Source: Vulcanimicrobiota bacterium (GTDB lineage Bacteria > Vulcanimicrobiota > Vulcanimicrobiia > Eremiobacterales > Eremiobacteraceae). From it: a stretch of 64,000 bases of DNA. Within the stretch, counting starts at the first letter, position 1, and each line of letters begins with the position of its first letter. The translations under genes were made by a program, and so were the position numbers. A model generated the notes under the pieces. It saw nothing but the letters and a program-made list of their open reading frames with translations. It did no database searches and was not told the origin of the DNA. Below, one piece after another: positions 61,433-64,000 of the stretch. Location: contig CAWETU010000001.1 in assembly GCA_963812135.1 (NCBI GenBank), positions 1,152,001 to 1,216,000 on the forward strand. The letters are read 5' to 3'.

Positions 61433-62304
61433 CAGCCTGACGCTGCAGACATGGCGCGGCGAAGCAGAGCCGGTGCCTTCATTCGGTCGGCGAAGCGATC
61501 GAACTCCGACCGCGGCCCCTCCCAACGAAGATCCTCGATCTTGCGAAAGACCGGCACGTCTAATCGTAAGGTTGCCAGCGTGCGAAACAGCAGGGCGTCG
61601 TCCCAAGCGCTGTTCAGCGCCTCGGACAGCGAGCGCGCCCGTGGGATGGAGGGATGCCACTTGCGCCAGTCCTTCGGAATCTCCTCAAGGTGGCCATATC
61701 GCGACAGCGTTGTGGCCGCGGCCTTAGCACCCCAGCCTGCCACGCCTGGAAATCCATCCGCGCTATCCCCGACCACGGCCAGGTAATCCGGAATCGAACT
61801 CGGTGTCACCCCGAACTTGGCGACCACGCCGGCCTCATCGCGCACGACGTCGCGCCGGCGATCCAGCTGAACGACGCGCGTGCCCACGACGGACTGGCTC
61901 AGATCCTTGTCGGGCGTACAAATGAACACGCGGCTCACGCGATCGTCCTTCGAAGCCTTGACCGCGGCGGAAGCCAACGCATCATCGGCCTCGTAGTAAA
62001 CCATCGGCCACACCACGACGCCCATCGCCTCAAGGGCTTCCTCTAAGATCGGAAACTGCGAAGCCAACTCGGGTGGCACACCTTCGCCGGTCTTGTAACC
62101 GCTATACAGATCGTTTCGAAAGGACTCGACGACGTGATCGGTCGCGACACCGATATGCGTGACGTCGCGCTCAAGCATCGATAAAACCGAAGACAAGACA
62201 CCGCGCACGGCGCCCACTTCTTGCCCATGCACGTCCGCCGTGGGTGGTACGGCGAAAAAATGTCGGAACAATTCATAAGTTCCGTCAACCAAATGTACCT
62301 GCAC
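61429..62304 (-). CDS. Standalone 5'-3' exonuclease (flap endonuclease-like)
   Basis: LVDGT, FRNDLYSGYK, YEADD, PDKDL, GDSADGFPGVAGWGAKAA. Confidence 0.9.
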   Translation of the reverse strand: MQVHLVDGTYELFRHFFAVPPTADVHGQEVGAVRGVLSSVLSMLERDVTHIGVATDHVVESFRNDLYSGYKTGEGVPPELASQFPILEEALEAMGVVVWPMVYYEADDALASAAVKASKDDRVSRVFICTPDKDLSQSVVGTRVVQLDRRRDVVRDEAGVVAKFGVTPSSIPDYLAVVGDSADGFPGVAGWGAKAAATTLSRYGHLEEIPKDWRKWHPSIPRARSLSEALNSAWDDALLFRTLATLRLDVPVFRKIEDLRWEGPRSEFDRFADRMKAPALLRRAMSAASGC

Positions 62305-62343
62305 GGGAAATGATGTCTTCGCTTTTGCCGTACGATTACCGGC

Positions 62344-63393
62344 CTATCGCGTGTACTGCGACTGCTGACGCAGTGCTTGCTGCATGGAGAAGTACGCAGG
62401 CTTCGGCGCGTAGTTCGCATCGAATTCCAGCGCCGCGCCTTCACCGGGATGACGCGCCGGAATCCACGAGTACTTGTCGGTGAACCCCCACGTTTGCAGC
62501 CCTTTGCACGCCGGTTGCTTCAGGCACGTTTGGAGGACGTCACTGTAGACCTTCGCCTGCGCTTCCATATCAGCTTGGCTGATCGGCGTCGGGTAGCGTA
62601 CGTCCATCTCCGTGACGTAGATCTGCAAACCCAAACGGGCGAAGCGCTGCATGTTGGCCGCCAGGCTTGACACGTCGATGCCGCGGTCGAGGTGCATTTG
62701 GAATCCCACCGCATCGATCGGCACGCCCTGTTGTCTCAGTTTCGATATCAAGGCGAGTTCAGCAGTGGATTTCGCGTTGACGGTCTCTACGCTGTAGTCG
62801 TTGTAGACCAAGACGGCGTTCGGATCATCGGCGTGGGCCTGCCGATACGCCAGCGCGATATACTGCGGCCCGATCGTGGTCTCCCAAATGGTTCGGCGGA
62901 GCGAGCCGTCGCCGTTCAACGCCTCATTGACGACGTCCCACAGCGCGATCTTTCCTTTATAGTGTCCGATCTCCGCGTCGATGTGTTTGGTCATCACGTC
63001 GGTCAACTGGGCCGCGGTCCAGCTCCTGCCCGTGACCCAATTCGGCAGCTCATGGTGCCACACCAGACAATGGCCATGCACCTTCATCCCATGCGCTTGG
63101 GCGAACTGGACGTGCCTGTCACCGGCGGCGAAATCGAACACGCCTTGCTGTGGCTCGGTGTCTTGGAACTTCATCTGGTTCTCGGGCGTGAGGATATTGA
63201 ACTCGGCGCTCGCAGTCGCTTCGTAGGTCGCGACATCGGGCAACGTCCAAAAGCTGTCATTGGACGCATACCCGATGAGAAAATCTCCAGCCAGGTCCCG
63301 CAGGTGGTCCTTGATGGGTTTGTCATCGCCGTTGACGGGCGCGGTTCCACACAGTAATAACACCGCCAGGAAGAACCATACGACCCTCTTCAT
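62344..63393 (-). CDS. GH10 endo-1,4-beta-xylanase
   Basis: TPENQMK, HGHCLVWH, WDVVNE, YNDY, GFQMH, VTEMD, WGFTDKYSW; signal peptide. Confidence 0.93.
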   Translation of the reverse strand: MKRVVWFFLAVLLLCGTAPVNGDDKPIKDHLRDLAGDFLIGYASNDSFWTLPDVATYEATASAEFNILTPENQMKFQDTEPQQGVFDFAAGDRHVQFAQAHGMKVHGHCLVWHHELPNWVTGRSWTAAQLTDVMTKHIDAEIGHYKGKIALWDVVNEALNGDGSLRRTIWETTIGPQYIALAYRQAHADDPNAVLVYNDYSVETVNAKSTAELALISKLRQQGVPIDAVGFQMHLDRGIDVSSLAANMQRFARLGLQIYVTEMDVRYPTPISQADMEAQAKVYSDVLQTCLKQPACKGLQTWGFTDKYSWIPARHPGEGAALEFDANYAPKPAYFSMQQALRQQSQYTR

Positions 63394-63585
63394 GGCGTCG
63401 GGTTCGAGAGGAGGGCCGCGATGCCCTCGCGTCCCTGGGTCAGGTAGACCGAGGGGAACGCCAGCTCGCTACCCTTGCAACCACACGGTTTTCCTCCGGC
63501 GCCATCAGCTGGACGCATTGTGGACGTGCTCATGGTAAGGTTAGCGCGATCGAGACAGTCCTTACTGTGCCGAGGGGATGAGCAT

Positions 63586-64000
63586 ATGAAACAATGGCTG
63601 GTTGCGTTTTTCGCGCTTTGCGTCCTAATCGCCCAGCCGCGTCTTGCGAACGCGGCGGTCACCGCTTCGATGTCGCTCGTCGGGTCAAATCCGATCAATG
63701 GGTGCCCTGCCAACGTCCAATTCACCGGAACCATATCCGGCACGCCCGGCACAGCATTCACCTACAGCTTCAACCGCTTCGTGGACAGCGTGCAGCAGGT
63801 TGCCGGCGGCACTGTGGTGACGATGCCCCCGAGCGGCTCGATCACGGTGAGCGACTCTATTCCGATCGCGGCATCGACGAACGGCGTCACCTTCGACCAG
63901 ATTTGGGTGCACAACATCGGCGCCTTTCAACCCGACGTGTATTCAAATAAAGTAGCCTTCACCGTCAACTGCGTCACCGCGACGCCGACGCCAGGATCAT
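63586..64000 (+). CDS. Secreted Ig-like protein, 3' truncated by window
   Basis: MKQWLVAFFALCVLIAQPRLANA signal peptide; open to window end; PT-rich linker begins. Confidence 0.65.
   Translation, partial: MKQWLVAFFALCVLIAQPRLANAAVTASMSLVGSNPINGCPANVQFTGTISGTPGTAFTYSFNRFVDSVQQVAGGTVVTMPPSGSITVSDSIPIAASTNGVTFDQIWVHNIGAFQPDVYSNKVAFTVNCVTATPTPGS

Overview
GC-rich bacterial chromosomal window from a diderm organism; gene style resembles Eremiobacterota/WPS-2 (inference). In order it holds: mtnA end and holA; a TetR-controlled DUF1326-DUF2182-hydrolase/glycosyltransferase operon; a mosaic de novo purine cluster (purB, animal-PAICS-like purC-purE fusion, purL/Q, tandem purS, two archaeal-type purP paralogues, guaA, purD, purF, purM, purN; no purK/purH/purO seen); a TonB-dependent receptor with an unusual C-terminal extension; pepA, pyk, tsaD, thrS; a five-gene DUF11/large outer-membrane barrel locus; a ku-peroxiredoxin-NHL operon; and an accessory tail of redox enzymes and secreted proteins ending in a GH10 xylanase. 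The leading candidate for a novel system is the DUF11 locus (34202-47589). Its split domains suggest a fibre assembled by donor-strand complementation and locked by intermolecular Lys-Asn isopeptide bonds, with predicted tip, shaft, anchor, chaperone-like and barrel components. Other highlights: an in-frame UGA (selenocysteine) peroxiredoxin with a SECIS-like hairpin, REP palindromes embedded in frame in purL, and a recurring SigH-like promoter motif in front of housekeeping genes. Four +1 frameshifts in pur/gua genes look like assembly errors. No rRNA, tRNA, CRISPR or transposase was seen. All family calls are by eye, without database searches.
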